A stretch of DNA of 64,000 nucleotides, from assembly GCF_006345805.1 (NCBI RefSeq), contig NC_042998.1, forward strand, positions 66,340,001 through 66,404,000, given 5' to 3'. The notes beneath the pieces are model-generated. The model ran no database searches. It was not told the DNA's origin and was given only the letters and a program-made list of their open reading frames with translations. Shown in pieces: positions 1-13,132 of the stretch; the stretch's first letter is position 1, and each line of letters begins with the position of its first letter. The position numbers were made by a program, and so were the translations under genes. The stretch comes from Octopus sinensis. Its lineage: Eukaryota.

Positions 1-190
1 GTGAAATTTCGTCTGCCGTTACTTTCTGAGTTCAAATTCCGCCGAGGTCGACTTTGCCTTTCCACCTTTCGAGGTCGATTAAAATAAGTACCAGTTACGC
101 ACTGGGATCGATATAATCGACTCAATCTCTTTGTCTGTCCTTGTTTGTCCTCTCTGTGTTTAGCCCCTTGTGGGTAATAAAGAAATAGGT
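1..190 (+). mobile_element. tRNA-derived SINE (family B), 5'-truncated by window edge
   Basis: B-box-like gagttcaaattcc, then gccgaggtcgactttgcctttc...ttgtgggtaataaagaaat. Same sequence recurs at 10262-10485 (-), 13712-13815 (-) and 54146-54400 (+). Confidence 0.8.
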
Positions 191-229
191 ATGAAAAGTG
201 CTCTAGGTTCTTCGAGGACAACATGTTTA

Positions 230-2440
230 AGAATAAGCCAAAATATTTTACAAGAAGATAGGTAAAATGTCAGTCACAATAACGTCTGTCCCGACAAACG
301 AAGTGCAGGAGTTTGGGAATAAAATTTGGGTAAAGTTTAAAAAGGCCCGTGGATTGATATAATATCTATTGATTCAAGCTCCTTAGAAGAGCAAAATTGG
401 AAGGGCATGAATGTAGAGGATGTAAGATCTGCTCTCAGGAAAACAAGTAAATGGAAATCTCCAGACAAGGATAGAATGCCTAACTTCTGGTTGAATGTTT
501 TCCTAGAGAGTCAGGAATTGCTGACAAGACTTTACAACAATGTTTTGCAGTAACCCAATATGATTCCATCTTGGAGAGTTAATGGCATTACATTTTTACT
601 TCCGAAAAACGAAGAAACAAAAGAACTAAATTATTTTAGACCCATAACCTGCTTAAAAATAATGTATAAAATCCTGGCATATATCTTGACTGCATATACT
701 TATAACATTTTAATAGAAAGTGGCATTTTCCCTAATGAGTAAAAAAGATATAAACGTAGGTCCAATGTTTGAAAAGATCTGCTAGTCATCAATAAGATGA
801 TTTTGGAAGATTGTCGCAAAAAACACTAGAACTTACCAATAGTCCCGGATAGTCTATAAAAAATGCTGTTGATATTCTACCACATAGCTGGATTAAGAAC
901 TGACTGGAGATTTATAAAATAGTACCTACTCTGCGAAATTTCTTCTCTGTAAGTATGACAGCATGGGGTACTACACGGATTTGAATAGTGACAAATAATT
1001 TTTCAATGCTGGAGATGTAAAAATGTCATGCTTCATTTTCAAATTGACTCTCTATTATCACTCCTCCTTTGTCTAGCCTTAATGCTGCTTTCGAAATTGC
1101 TCGATGGTGCATAATATGGTTATGAAATTTTTGATAAAGATGTAAATCATCTCTTTTATATAAATGATTTAAAGCTGTTTGCAAAAAATGACCAACAATT
1201 ACAGGGCTTACTAGCAACTGTAAAAAATTGCAGTGATGATATCAGGATGGAATTTGGCCTAGATAAATGTGCAAGAGATAACTTTATCAGAAGGAAAGTG
1301 ATGCAAACATCTAACGTTAAGGTTATAAATAATTTATAACCAGCAGAGGGTTACAAATATCTTGGGGTATTTCAAGCTGACGGAATCAAAACTCAATCAT
1401 GATGGGAAAGGTCAGAAAATAATGCTATCGCAGGGTAAGGGCCATACGCAAGTCAGAGCTGAACGCAAGAAACTGGAACGAAACGATCAATACTTTAGCC
1501 AAACTGTTGGTGATTTACAGTTCCAATATTATTAAGTAACTGGTCAATTACTGAAATCTGTAATCTTGACAGAAAACTACGAAAGTTGCTGATGAGAATG
1601 CATAGAATACACCACACTAAGACAGATATAGAACAACATTACCTGCCAAGAAAATCAAGCGAACATGGACATTTAGAACTAGAATTGACAAGGAAGATTG
1701 CCACAACTCGCCTACAGACCTACCTGAAAAACTTTGATGACAGGATGATTGACCTTGTCTTAAAGCATGAGAACAAGAAAACCTAATGCTCAGTATCAAA
1801 AAAGGCAAAGAAATATTTAAGTGAATTCTAAATACAACAAATCTCAAAATCATACGTGCTTAAAACAAGCGCAGGAAAAGTTAATAGTATGAATACCCTT
1901 GCTAAAACTTACTTTATATATTCTTACTGATAAATGACAAGACATGCCTCTCAGCAGCAAATACCCAAAGACAGCCAATAATGCTGATGATGACAAAGCC
2001 CTTAACCGTCAATGGTTTGTGTCTTTAGGCTTAACATCAGAGGCACAACGCTTTATCATAGCAGCCCAAGATTAATGCCAAACTACAAGAAGCTACCAGG
2101 TCACCATTTTAAAGAACGGCAGTAGCCTAATATGCGGTGTATATAAAGACCACATTGAAAGTATTGATCATGTTGTTTCCATGTGCAGCCTTCTTGTACC
2201 TACAGAATATTTCAACAGGTATGATAGAGCAGCACAGTATATTTACTGGGTAATTTGCAAAGATATGGCCCTGCCCCATGATAAAAGCTAGTGGGAACAC
2301 ACGCCACCTCCTTTGTTTGAAAAAGATGACATCGCACTTCTTTGGAAGATTCTCTTCAAAATGGGAGAAGGATAAATGCAAATAGGCCACACAATATATT
2401 GAAGGTTTTTAGTCAGAAATTATGCCTCCTCATTGCTATG
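230..2440 (+). mobile_element. Degraded R4/Dong-clade non-LTR retrotransposon (RT to zinc knuckle)
   Basis: Broken frames give WKSPDKDRMPNFWL, YFRPITCL, YxDDLKLF-like, GLDKCA, YKYLG, HHTKTDIEQHYLPR and C..C..ESIDHVVSMC-like motifs. Many stops and frameshifts. Confidence 0.85.
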
Positions 2441-2516
2441 ACTGTCCCAATATGTACACACACACACACATACACACACACACACACACATATATATATA
2501 CATATATATATATATT

Positions 2517-3191
2517 TTATATGTAGAAAAATACAAAGTGGGACAAGAACGTAAAACATTTAGAAGACGATACTAAAAACACAGACGGGACATTCGAAGC
2601 CTTCAATCTTCAGTCAAGAACCGGATCATCCTAGCAATTTCGGCTGATTAATCTTGAGATCGCTCCGATCCGGCCAGCCCCAAGGAAAAACTAAGCTACG
2701 AGCATTAGATTTCTTGGAAGATGGATCGAATGTATACGAAACAGGGACAGAAAAACGTACGATGCTACACGAATATAAAATACAAAAAACAATAATGGTA
2801 AAAACAGGACAAAAACAGCTGGTGTCTTACGACTAATAAACAGTACAACAAGTTTAGCTGGCGTATTTTGAAAAAATGCCTTTATCGGCAGACGAAGACA
2901 TCGATGTTCTCACGGCAGTGGTCGGAGGCCAAAAGGCTGATTTGACCAGCGGTCACGTGAGAGAAGAGAGAGAAAAGAAAGGGGGCAAAGGAAACAAAGT
3001 GAGAGAGAAAGAGGGACGAAGGCAACAAAGGGGGGAGAAGAGAGAGAAAGAAGGAGTTAAAGAGGGGAGAAGAAAGAGTGCGTGCCAAGGATTGGCTTCT
3101 GAATGCAAAGTGAGAAAGACAGAGAAATGTGAGAGAGTGGGGGGAAGATTAGACCAAAGAATCAGAGGTAAGAAAAGAGAAAAGGAGGAGA

Positions 3192-3226
<35 letters not shown>

Positions 3227-3639
3227 GGACAGATCAAAGTAGAGTGCAAAGTGTGGAAGGCAGAGAAATGTATGAGAGAGAGACAGTGTGTAGAGTCGTA
3301 CCAAATTTACAGGAATATGTACTTACATAAGGCCAACGAGGGTACGGACGTCGCTATATATATTATATGTAGAAAAATACAAAGTGGGACAAGAACATAA
3401 AACATTTAGAAGACGATACAAAAAACACGGACGGGACATTCGAAGCCTTCAATCTTCAGTCAAGAACTGGATCATCCTAGCAATTTCGGCTGATTAATCT
3501 TGAGATCACTCCGATCCGGCCAGCCCCAAGGAAAAACTAAGCTACGAGTATTAGATTTCTTGGAAGAAGGATCGAATGTATACGAAACAGGAACAGAAAA
3601 ACGGACGATGCCACACGAGTATAAAATACAAAAAACAAT
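2517..3639. repeat. Pair of ~275-bp direct repeats (2517-2793, 3363-3639) around a GA-rich spacer
   Basis: atgtagaaaaatacaaagtgggacaagaac...aaatacaaaaaacaat occurs twice with an offset of 846 bp and scattered substitutions. Confidence 0.9.
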
Positions 3640-4014
3640 ATATACATATTCATTTTCTATCAACAATTAAAAATAGAAAAAGGTGAATTGTTTCTTTTCA
3701 AGACCAAGATCAGCACTCTCATTGACCGCTGGTAGTAATAAATACGTTTGACCTCTGATGACCCCAAAGATGTGAGGCCTCATTTGTCTCCTTATCGCAC
3801 AGGAATGTCCATTACTGATCTCTTCACTATCTGCGGAATCTATTTACAGACCTGTTGAATTTAATTTATTCACCAAGCTGTCTCCCTTGCTCGAACTTAA
3901 AACTTCACATATTTATGATTATCTGAAGTAAAAAACAAAAGTTGAAACTAAGCAACATTTAATAACACCTTTTAATAATAAATGGAAATAAATAAAATCA
4001 CAATAATAATAATG

Positions 4015-7000
4015 ATTTGTCTAAAACTCATGGCAGATCAGAGGAAATATTCACAATGACAAATAGTAAAATAATGAAAATAATAATATCAGTGATGATA
4101 ATAATAGTAATAATGAAAGGAAGCAGTTGGAATTTCCCTATGCTCTGATTGATGATACATCTAGTGATGGTGTCACAATAAAAAAAATGATAATCGAGCA
4201 ATCTGTTAATCGTTACTTCATATGAGTGACAATGAAAAAACAAAATATTGCGAATAACAGTGGAAATGAAACAGAAACTCTTGTTGGTGAAAGTGTTGCA
4301 CTCGACAGGCTCAGAGATACTGGTCTGACTCCAGCCTGTCGTTATCCAGCAAGGGACCAGCACACACGGCGTAGATGGAACAAGCAAGTTAATGTAGTGG
4401 TCATGGTGTGTTACTACCTGAGCAACCCCGTAGTCGAAAATGGTGTTCATATTAGGGGATACCGAAAACGTATGTATGATCCAGCAAGAGAAAGAGGATT
4501 GTTTCAACTCACGGAACATATATTATTTGATCAAGCTAGAGAAATAAGGAAAAAGTTTGTTCAAAGATGTAGAGTTCGAATCTATCAAAAGACGGGTAGA
4601 GGAAACGATAGAAATACAGTTCCCAATGATAAAAGTATCTCATAGCAGAACACGGAGTTGAAATCTCTAATAAACCACAGGAAGGGAACAGTGATAGCTT
4701 GCTTGACGAGAGACATATAGATGGTCTGGAAGAAGACAATAACATTAATGGTGACATGACAGCTGAGCAAAAGGTAATCTACGACAGAATAAAGACAAGG
4801 CGACAGGAGAACGATAGCGACATTATTTGCAATCTTAAAATGGTTGATCAGTGGAAACTGAACCAGGAAACGAAAGATGTGAATCAAATTCAGAAATATA
4901 TCAGAAAAAAAACATCACAGACACAAATAATTTGATCAAGGCAGCAAGTATTTTTGTAGCAGAAAATGTGGGTGCTGATGTCAAGAAAATGAAATGTAAT
5001 GGGAGTGACATAAGAAAAGACCCACGGTGGAAAGGAAGAATCTAGGCGGGGTTAGATATGCTCACAAAGGACATTTGTGTGTTAATCGAAAAGAGAAGGA
5101 GGGGCATAGAAACAAACAAAAATACAGGGCATTGAACAGGAAGTATTATATTGAGAGAAAGACCCTGAAATTGGTAATGGAGGAACTGAAACCGCACCTT
5201 GTTGCAACGAATGAATGGTAAGATACGACCAAAGATATGATGAGATATCAGAAGAATAGATTATTGAAAGTTGATCAGAAGAGACTCCACAGAAAACTAA
5301 ATTGAGAGCGTACTGATCAAAAGTTGATAGAAGATGACATTGAAAGGCAAAGGCTTTGGAGTGACATCTGGAGTAAAGACAAAGAGCAGAAAAAGGATGT
5401 TGAACGGTTGCAGGAACTGAGACAAACAGTAATCTGTCCTAAACAGACAGAACTAATCATTTCAGTTAGGGAAGTGAAGGAAATCAGCAAAAACAAAATG
5501 GACAAGTGGAAAGACCTGGGACCACATGGTGTTCAAGGTTACTGCTTCAAAATATTTTGTGAAAGTTATGCACGAATAGCTACACAACACAACACCTTGT
5601 TTGATGCCTACCAAATAACACCAGGATGGCTAACAATGGGTAAGACAATGGTGCGCTTGAAAAACATCGGAAAAGTCTATACAGTAGACACTTACTGCTT
5701 GCCACTTACGTGAAAATTATTGACTGGAATTGTCGCAGAGTCAATGTGCTGACATCTAGAGAAAGTTGGAGTTCTACCACATGAGCAGAAGGGTTCTAAG
5801 TGTAAGTGCAGTAGTAACAAGGATCAACTTCTGGTAGACAATACTATTATTAGAGACTGCAAGAGGAGGAAATCTAACTTAGCCATATCATGGATCGATT
5901 ATCGTAAGGCGTACGATATGTTCCCAAATTCTTGAATTACGGAATATATGAACCTATTTGGTACTGCATCGGGTTTTGGGCGATTGCTTCGAAAAAATAA
6001 GCCGAATTGGAGGACGGAACTGACAGCATATGGAAGACGTTTAAGGACAATAGAAATGGAGAGAGGCATCTTCCAAGGGGACTGCCTGTCCCATCGATCT
6101 TTTACTGTGCTTGATACCACTAACAGTTAGTCTGAGAAAAGTAAACGCTAAGTATGTATTCAAGAGACGCCAACAAGATGTCAACCACTGGTTATTTGTG
6201 GATGGCCTCAAACATTATAGTAAAGATGAATCTCAAGTCAGTTCCCACGTTGATACGGTGTATAATTTCATTCCTGATATCAGAATGGTGTTCGAACTGA
6301 AAAGGTGTGGTGTTTTCTTTCTTCTAGCGAGGCAAAATCAAATGTATGGACGGGCTAGTGATACCGTTGGTGGAGATTGTGGAGCAGATAAAAGAGATAG
6401 ACAATAAGTACCTAGGGGTATTGTATATGGATAAACTGATGGAGAAGGAAATGATAGAAACAATTAAAGTGGAGTACTTGCGCAGACTGGGACTGATGCT
6501 TAATTCGAAATTAAACGGACAGAATAAGGTTTAAGCTATCAACACCTGGGCGGTGTCACTCCTTATATATGGAGCAGAGGTAATCGCATGGAAAGTAGAC
6601 GAACTAAGCAGCTTAGACAGAAAGACAAGGAAGATGCTAACTAGACATGGGATACACCAGCTAAAAAGTGATACGGACAGACTGTATGTAACAAGAGATA
6701 GAGGATGAAGAGGACTGATTGGATGCGAACACATCATTAAAGCAGAAGAAAACAACATAGCATGGTATGTAAAAAATGCCACAGAACCGCTCTTATTAGA
6801 CGTAAGATCAGGCTTGTGTAAGATGAAAGATTGCAAGGATAAAAAACTGTACGAGAAAGTGAAAACGAATGTAACTGAAAATAGGTGGGTAAAGAAAAGA
6901 ATGCATGGTCAATTTCATAAGGATGCTGGAGATAAGACAAACAGAGAAAAAAGATGGCTGTGAATGACGGAAAGTTATTCAAAACCGGAAATAGTGGCTC

Positions 7001-7730
7001 TAATCCGTGTTACCCCAAAACAAGCATTAAAAATAAGTTACATCAAATGCAGAATAGACAACAGAGCAGAAAGCGATAAGTGTAGAATTTGTGGACAAGA
7101 TGGCGAAAAAGTATGATATATTACCAGCCAATGTACGCCACTAGCCCAGAACAAAAAATAGGAGACTTCATAATAATATAGCAAGGATTGTCCATTGAAC
7201 ACTTTGCAACAAATATGTACTTGACAGAACAAAACATGTGGTAGAACATTCCGAAGGCATCATGGAAAATGATAATGCAATGATCCTATGGGTTATTATG
7301 ATTCAGTGCGACCATGAGATATGAATAGGAAGCCAGACATAGTGCTAATTTCCGAAAGAAAGCAAACGATTCTAGATCACAGATATAGCATTGTCAGTTG
7401 ACAACGAGATATGCGATAAGAAAGAAAGAAAACTCAACAGATATGACAGTTTAGCTTGGGAGGTTAAGCTGCTGTGATCGACGAAGAAGGTGATAGTAGT
7501 GCTAATGATGATCGGAGCCCTGGGAACAGTGAGTAAAAATTTTGAGAAGTACGTGGAACAAATAGGGGCAGCAATATTGTGGAGCAATTTCAGAAAGCAA
7601 CACTGCCTCGAACAGCCCGAATACTCTGGATGGGGCTCGAAAATAAGGGGTGTTAACTTAGTTCACTGGTAATGAACAAATGGCACCGTAGTACATCTAC
7701 AGCGTTTGAACTTGTGCAAAGGCAACAAAC
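4015..7730 (+). mobile_element. Near-full-length degraded R4/Dong-clade LINE with (AAT)n tail
   Basis: N-terminal RRWNKQVNVVVMVCYY, RT motifs (WKDLGPHGVQG, GIFQGDCLS, DGLKHYSK, NKYLGVL), C..C finger, PDIV-like site and C-terminal VVLMMIGALGTVSKNFEKYVEQIG, followed by (AAT)n/(GAT)n. Confidence 0.9.
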
Positions 7731-7945
<215 letters not shown>

Positions 7946-8520
7946 TGCAGTACCAGGCAGTGGCTATGCCCTGATGCAATACCAGGCAGTGGCTCTCATG
8001 GCATTTGATCTTAACTAATTGGAAGTGTTACCATGTACATTGTCTTGTCTTGGTATAAAAGATGGGCTACAGCAAATATTCTGCTCAATACCACAGATGT
8101 GCTTGTCATTTGTTTGACCTTAACCAGTTGAGCATGTCGCTTAGTGGCTGACGATATGTGAATCACTGATCACGAGCAGAAGTAGTGGGGAAGCATCATA
8201 GCCTTGTGTTCTGAGAAATTTTGTGTGTTTGAATAAGTCATTTTTGTAAACGTGTGTGTTTCGTTCAACATCCTCAAAGAACACTTATTCAGGGACATTT
8301 TGAGCAGAATATGCTACTCGAGCTCAAAGAAAATTCCAGCTGGGCCCCACCTGCATGGTCATGCGCTGTTTATCTTGATTTGAGATAACCGTGTGGTGTA
8401 CATATAGTTGCAATGCATGTGCCTCGTGTACCCTTACGAAACGGGTAGTTATGGGTAAACTGGGCTTCGTATATTATAACTCCGTGTGAAGTTGATGGCA
8501 GGTACTGCTCTCTCAATCTG
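7946..8520 (+). mobile_element. Non-coding ~570-bp interspersed element flanked by (AAT)n
   Basis: Its last ~150 bp are the reverse complement homologue of 36891-37043. Both copies are bounded by (AAT)n. Strand is inferred from which end the truncated copy retains. Confidence 0.65.
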
Positions 8521-9360
8521 TAATAATAATAATGATAATAATATTAATAATAACAATAATAATGATAGTAACAATAATAATAAATAATACATATCTTTGG
8601 GTGCAGAATAAGTTTAAAAAAGAACATGTATTTAATATAAGTTGGCTACGGAATTCCGTTTGAAAAATTTAACTTCATTTATTAAAATATGCCGCTATAC
8701 TGTTGACAGAAAAAAACAGAATAATAGCGGCATTCATTGTCTTCATTTCACATTGTCTTATCGAGGAGTCTTCAACGAATGTAAAATTTCATGTGCCAAT
8801 TTCACTTACAGACTTTGCAACAGAAGGCGTTCTTTGTTTGCAGCCGAGGAAAACTTGGAGTACATAGCTCCGCTTATTTCAACCCATCATGTTTGTCTAA
8901 TTTAGACTGCAGTTAAGTAAATGTATATTGTCAGATGGAAAACTTGTTTCGTACATTTTTATGCAAGTGTATTTTCTGTAGATAGAAATATGAACAGCGT
9001 AAAGTCAAATACGTCAAAGCCACCAAAGTCATGAACGTTCTTAATGAAGATCAAAGGTCATATAATAACTGCCACACGCCATAAATTCTTAATTTATTGA
9101 AATTTTTCTCTAAGATGGAGACGGAAGCGAAATATCTTGAGGGAATTCTGAGCAAAACTGAATGAGAAGATGAGGTGATTTGAAGGAATTTATAATATAT
9201 TTCAAAACAATTTTCGACGTATATACGGAGGATAGAGAGATTAATCATTATCTGATGAAGGCAAGCTTCAAATAAAATATGTCTATGCATAGGGGTTTTT
9301 ATCGTAGTATGTGATGTGCATTTATACACACACACACACACACACACAGACAGACAGACA

Positions 9361-9401
<41 letters not shown>

Positions 9402-9744
9402 ACATACATACAAACATACACATATATACATGTATATATATTTTATATATAGTATATTATGTTTTATATATATATATTGACAGAGTGAGGTCACAAAATT
9501 GACAGAGGGTACTGACTAACACCGCTTATGCTTAAATAAGACTTAAATTAACTCCAAATTCATGAAAGCGATATATTTTATGACATATAAGAGCAGGTAA
9601 GACTTGGCTCATATAGCCGTATCACGATTTCGAAAAGCAGTGCTGATCTGTAGCCTCGTCAATTTTGTGACCGCTATTAATTTTGCCTTTAAGTTTTATT
9701 TGCTTATATTCTACCCCTTTAATTTGTTTTATACTCTTTACTCT

Positions 9745-9939
9745 CTTGTACTCTTTTACTTGTTTCAATCATTCGACTGTGGCCATGCTGGAGAGCACCG
9801 CCTTTAGTCGGGCAAATCGACCCCAGGATTTATTCTTTGTAAGCCTGGTACTTATTCTATCGTTCTCGCTAAGTTTTCGGGGACATAAACACACCAGCAT
9901 CGGTTGTCAAGCGATGGTGGGGAGACGAACACACACACA

Positions 9940-10008
<69 letters not shown>

Positions 10009-10170
10009 TACGATGGGCTTCTTTCAGTTTCCGTCTACCAAATCCACGCTCAAGGATTTGGTCGGCCCGAGGATAGAGTAGAAGATACTTGCCCAAGGTG
10101 TCACGTAGTGGCACTGAAGCCGGAACCATGTGGTTTGTAAGCATGCTACTTACCACACATCTACTCCTAT
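9745..10170 (-). mobile_element. tRNA-derived SINE (family A): head, (TA)n/(TG)n spacer, tail
   Basis: The reverse complement reads ggagtagatgtgtggtaag...ggttccggcttcagt (A/B-box-like), then microsatellite, then the tail accatcgcttgacaaccgatgctgg...ctccagcatggccacagtc. Confidence 0.85.
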
Positions 10171-10171
10171 G

Positions 10172-10261
<90 letters not shown>

Positions 10262-10264
<3 letters not shown>

Positions 10265-10485
10265 CTTTACTACCCACAAGGGGATAAACACAGAGGAGAC
10301 AAACAAGGACATACAAAGGGATTAAGTCAATTACCTCGACCCCAGTGCGCAACTGGTACTTAATTTATCGACCCCGAAAGCATGAAAGGCAAAGTCGACC
10401 TCGGCGGAATTTGAACTCAGAACGTAACGGCAGACGAAATACGGCTACGTATTTCGCCCGACGTGCTAACGTTTCTGCCAGCGCA
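10262..10485 (-). mobile_element. SINE family B, full length
   Basis: Reverse complement of ctggcagaaacgttagcacg...gagttcaaattccgccgaggtcgac...ttgtgggtagtaaagaaat. Homologous to 1-190. Confidence 0.85.
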
Positions 10486-10774
10486 GGAGTGGCTGTGTAT
10501 ATGCATATATATGTACGAGTGTCTGTGTGCATGTGTTTCTGTGTCTGTGTTTTCCCCCACCATCGCTTCACAGCCGACGTTGGCGTGCTCACGTGTGACT
10601 GAGTTTAACAACCGATGTTGGTGTGATTACTTCCCCGCAAATAGCGGTTCGGCAAAAGAGACCGATACAATAAGTACTAAGCTTACAAGAAATAACTCTT
10701 GGGGTCGATTTGTTCGACTAAATGTGGTGCTCCAGCATGGCTGCATTCAAGTGACAAACAAAGAAGCAAACGAG

Positions 10775-10775
<1 letters not shown>
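10486..10775 (+). mobile_element. SINE family A, head largely deleted, tail intact
   Basis: ggagtggctgtgt followed by TG-rich spacer and the tail ccaccatcgcttcacagccgacg...gtgctccagcatggctgc. Confidence 0.75.
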
Positions 10776-10828
<53 letters not shown>

Positions 10829-10850
10829 TATATATATATATATATATGTA

Positions 10851-10906
<56 letters not shown>

Positions 10907-10990
10907 GCATACATACATACATACATACATGCATACATACATATACATATACATACATATATATATATATAATATATATATATATAAGAA
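10776..10990. repeat. (TA)n/(TACA)n microsatellite
   Basis: Direct reading. Confidence 0.95.
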
Positions 10991-11569
10991 ATAATATGTA
11001 ACAATTATTCGGTTGGCATAATAAAACTCCGAGTTTTGGATGTTAGGTCGGAAAACTGCTCGGGCATCTCGTCAGTTATTAATATTAATTATACTAATTT
11101 TACAGATAAATTCCTCAACATAATATCGAGATTCCATTCATTCTTTTGCTGTCATACTATTTCTATTAATATCATATTATATATATATATAGAAAGAGAG
11201 AGAGAGAGAGAGAGAAACAGAGGTAGAGTGAGAGCGAGATTCGGATGTGTATTATGTCTTTGATGTCTTTCACTTTCTTTTTATTCTCCCATGCTCACAA
11301 CCATTGACTTTTCCTCAATAATTCAGAGACCTATATAACCATCAACAGGTCAAGTCTCTGTTTACGTAATTTTTTTGTGTGCTATGTCCTGAAATGAACT
11401 TTGCTTCATCTAGATGGAGACCTATCAATAGATTAAATATCTTATGATTTATGCATAACTTCTTCCAGCGATTATGATGGAAATTGGAGCAGCGGAAAGG
11501 GCTATCACGTTGAAACATTGATCAAGTGGATAACGGTATCAGTCAGAAATGACGCTGATGACGATGATG

Positions 11570-11875
11570 ATGGTTATGATGAGTAAAAGGAGGAGGGGAG
11601 GAGCATATCTCTTAGTACGACGACGGCGTCGACAATGATGATGATTATGATGTTAATGGTGGGTTTACTGGTGTTGATGGTGACGAAGCAATGGTGGGGT
11701 GGTTGTGGTGTTGATGGTGTTGTTGTTGTTGGTTGTGGTGGTGGTGTTGTTTGTGGTGGTAGTGGTAATGATGTTGGCGATGATGATGTTGGTATTGGTA
11801 TGAAGATGATGATGGTGATGCCGGCGACGGTGATGATAATGGTGCTGCTGCTGATGATGATGATGAGGGTTAATA
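11570..11875. repeat. Degenerate (GAT/GGT/GTT)n low-complexity tract
   Basis: Direct reading. Confidence 0.9.
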
Positions 11876-12044
11876 CATAAACGTAACTAGCATGCGTGAT
11901 TTTGAAACTATTTCCTGTATAAAAGTTAAATTATATACCTATAATTTATTTCCATTAATGACTGTTCGCTATATGAAATTGCCGCATTTTATAGTTAAAA
12001 AAATACACCGTTCACTTATAAGTGCCCATAAGTGTGTGTGTGTG

Positions 12045-12082
<38 letters not shown>

Positions 12083-12249
12083 CGTGTGTGCGGGCGGGCG
12101 CGAGCGTGTATGTATTTATGTATGTATGTGTGTATATGCTTTCGAAATACACACGTGTACATCTGCACACATAAAAATGCCGTTTCTAATTATGCCTTGC
12201 AACGTTCTTTATGCCAAATCGTGTACTGAATAATAATGATCTACCTATA

Positions 12250-12410
12250 GGAGTGGCTGTGTGGTAAGTCGATTGCTTGCCAACCACATGATTCCGGGTT
12301 CAGTCCCACTGCACGGCGCCTTGGGCAAGTGTCTTTTACTATAGCCACAGGCCGACCGAAGCCTTGTGAGTGGATTTGGTAGACGGAAACTTAAAGAAGC
12401 CCGTCCTATA
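12250..12410 (+). mobile_element. SINE family A head
   Basis: ggagtggctgtgtggtaag...attccgggttcagtccc...ggtagacggaaacttaaagaagcccgtc. Confidence 0.85.
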
Positions 12411-12689
12411 CTTATATATACATATATATGCATATATATGTATGCATATATAGGTGCAGGGCATCACAAAACGTATCATGAAATTCAAAATTAACATTGG
12501 GTACGCAAACATCGAGAGAAACAAATGGATTTATCAAAGAATCTTCTTCCAATGTTCGTTAGATTACATCGTTTCAGCCTAACGGCCCTCCCTGTTTGTT
12601 TTCGTTTCGTTAGGTTTGTTGTACGTCCTGCTTTTGTTGACAACATTGACCGTCTGCAAATCCCAAATTTTATTTTGATTCACGGGAGG

Positions 12690-12880
12690 AACTGCCTTCA
12701 AAGTGTTTTTTGTCTCTCATTGCTCGGAATAAGGAATAGAAAGACAGCCGACAACTGATGAAGGGTCGTGTTTTATGTTACTTGTATTGTTTTGCAATTG
12801 TTTCTCTCGTTCTTTGCGTACTCAGAGGTATTTTCGTATTTCATGTTGTTTAAGTATTGTGACGTCCTGTAACAATATAT
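12690..12880 (+). repeat. Dispersed repeat, related to 27765-27960 (opposite strand)
   Basis: Shared agccgacaactgatgaa...ttacttgt...ttctcgtt...ttgtttaagtatt...gtgacgtcct. Confidence 0.6.
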
Positions 12881-13132
12881 ACGTACTTAGGTACATACAA
12901 GTGGACATACGAAAATAAAATTAAAAAATATAATTTGAGATGGTGCACAAAGATGAAATAAATAGAAAGCTAGCAAAATACGGCTTTAGGGCCAAAAAGG
13001 CGAATATGGAAGGTAACGCTCAGAAGAAATCTTAATGAATCTGGAAATGGCAAGAGATCTTATGATATATATATAGAAATATTAAATTTCTAAATCTCTC
13101 AGAGATATGTACGGTGGTGGGGCGATAGAACA

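Noticed and set aside
2522-3635. LTR retrotransposon reading of the direct repeats
   Set aside because: There is no tRNA-complementary PBS, no PPT, no exact TSD and no gag/pol remnant. Kept only as an unexplained repeat.
3755-3818. C/D-box snoRNA-like ctgatga...ctga
   Set aside because: The C box lacks the preceding purine and there is no terminal stem. Expected by chance.
11469-11586. Acceptor-like ttcttccag followed by frame DYDGNWSSGKGYHV...DDDDDGYDE*
   Set aside because: It is short, runs into a (GAT)n tract and has no partner exons. Most likely chance.
12745-12770. CTGATGA in the 12690/27890 repeat as a hammerhead
   Set aside because: No stem II plus GAAA follows in the required order, and the permuted topologies do not pair.
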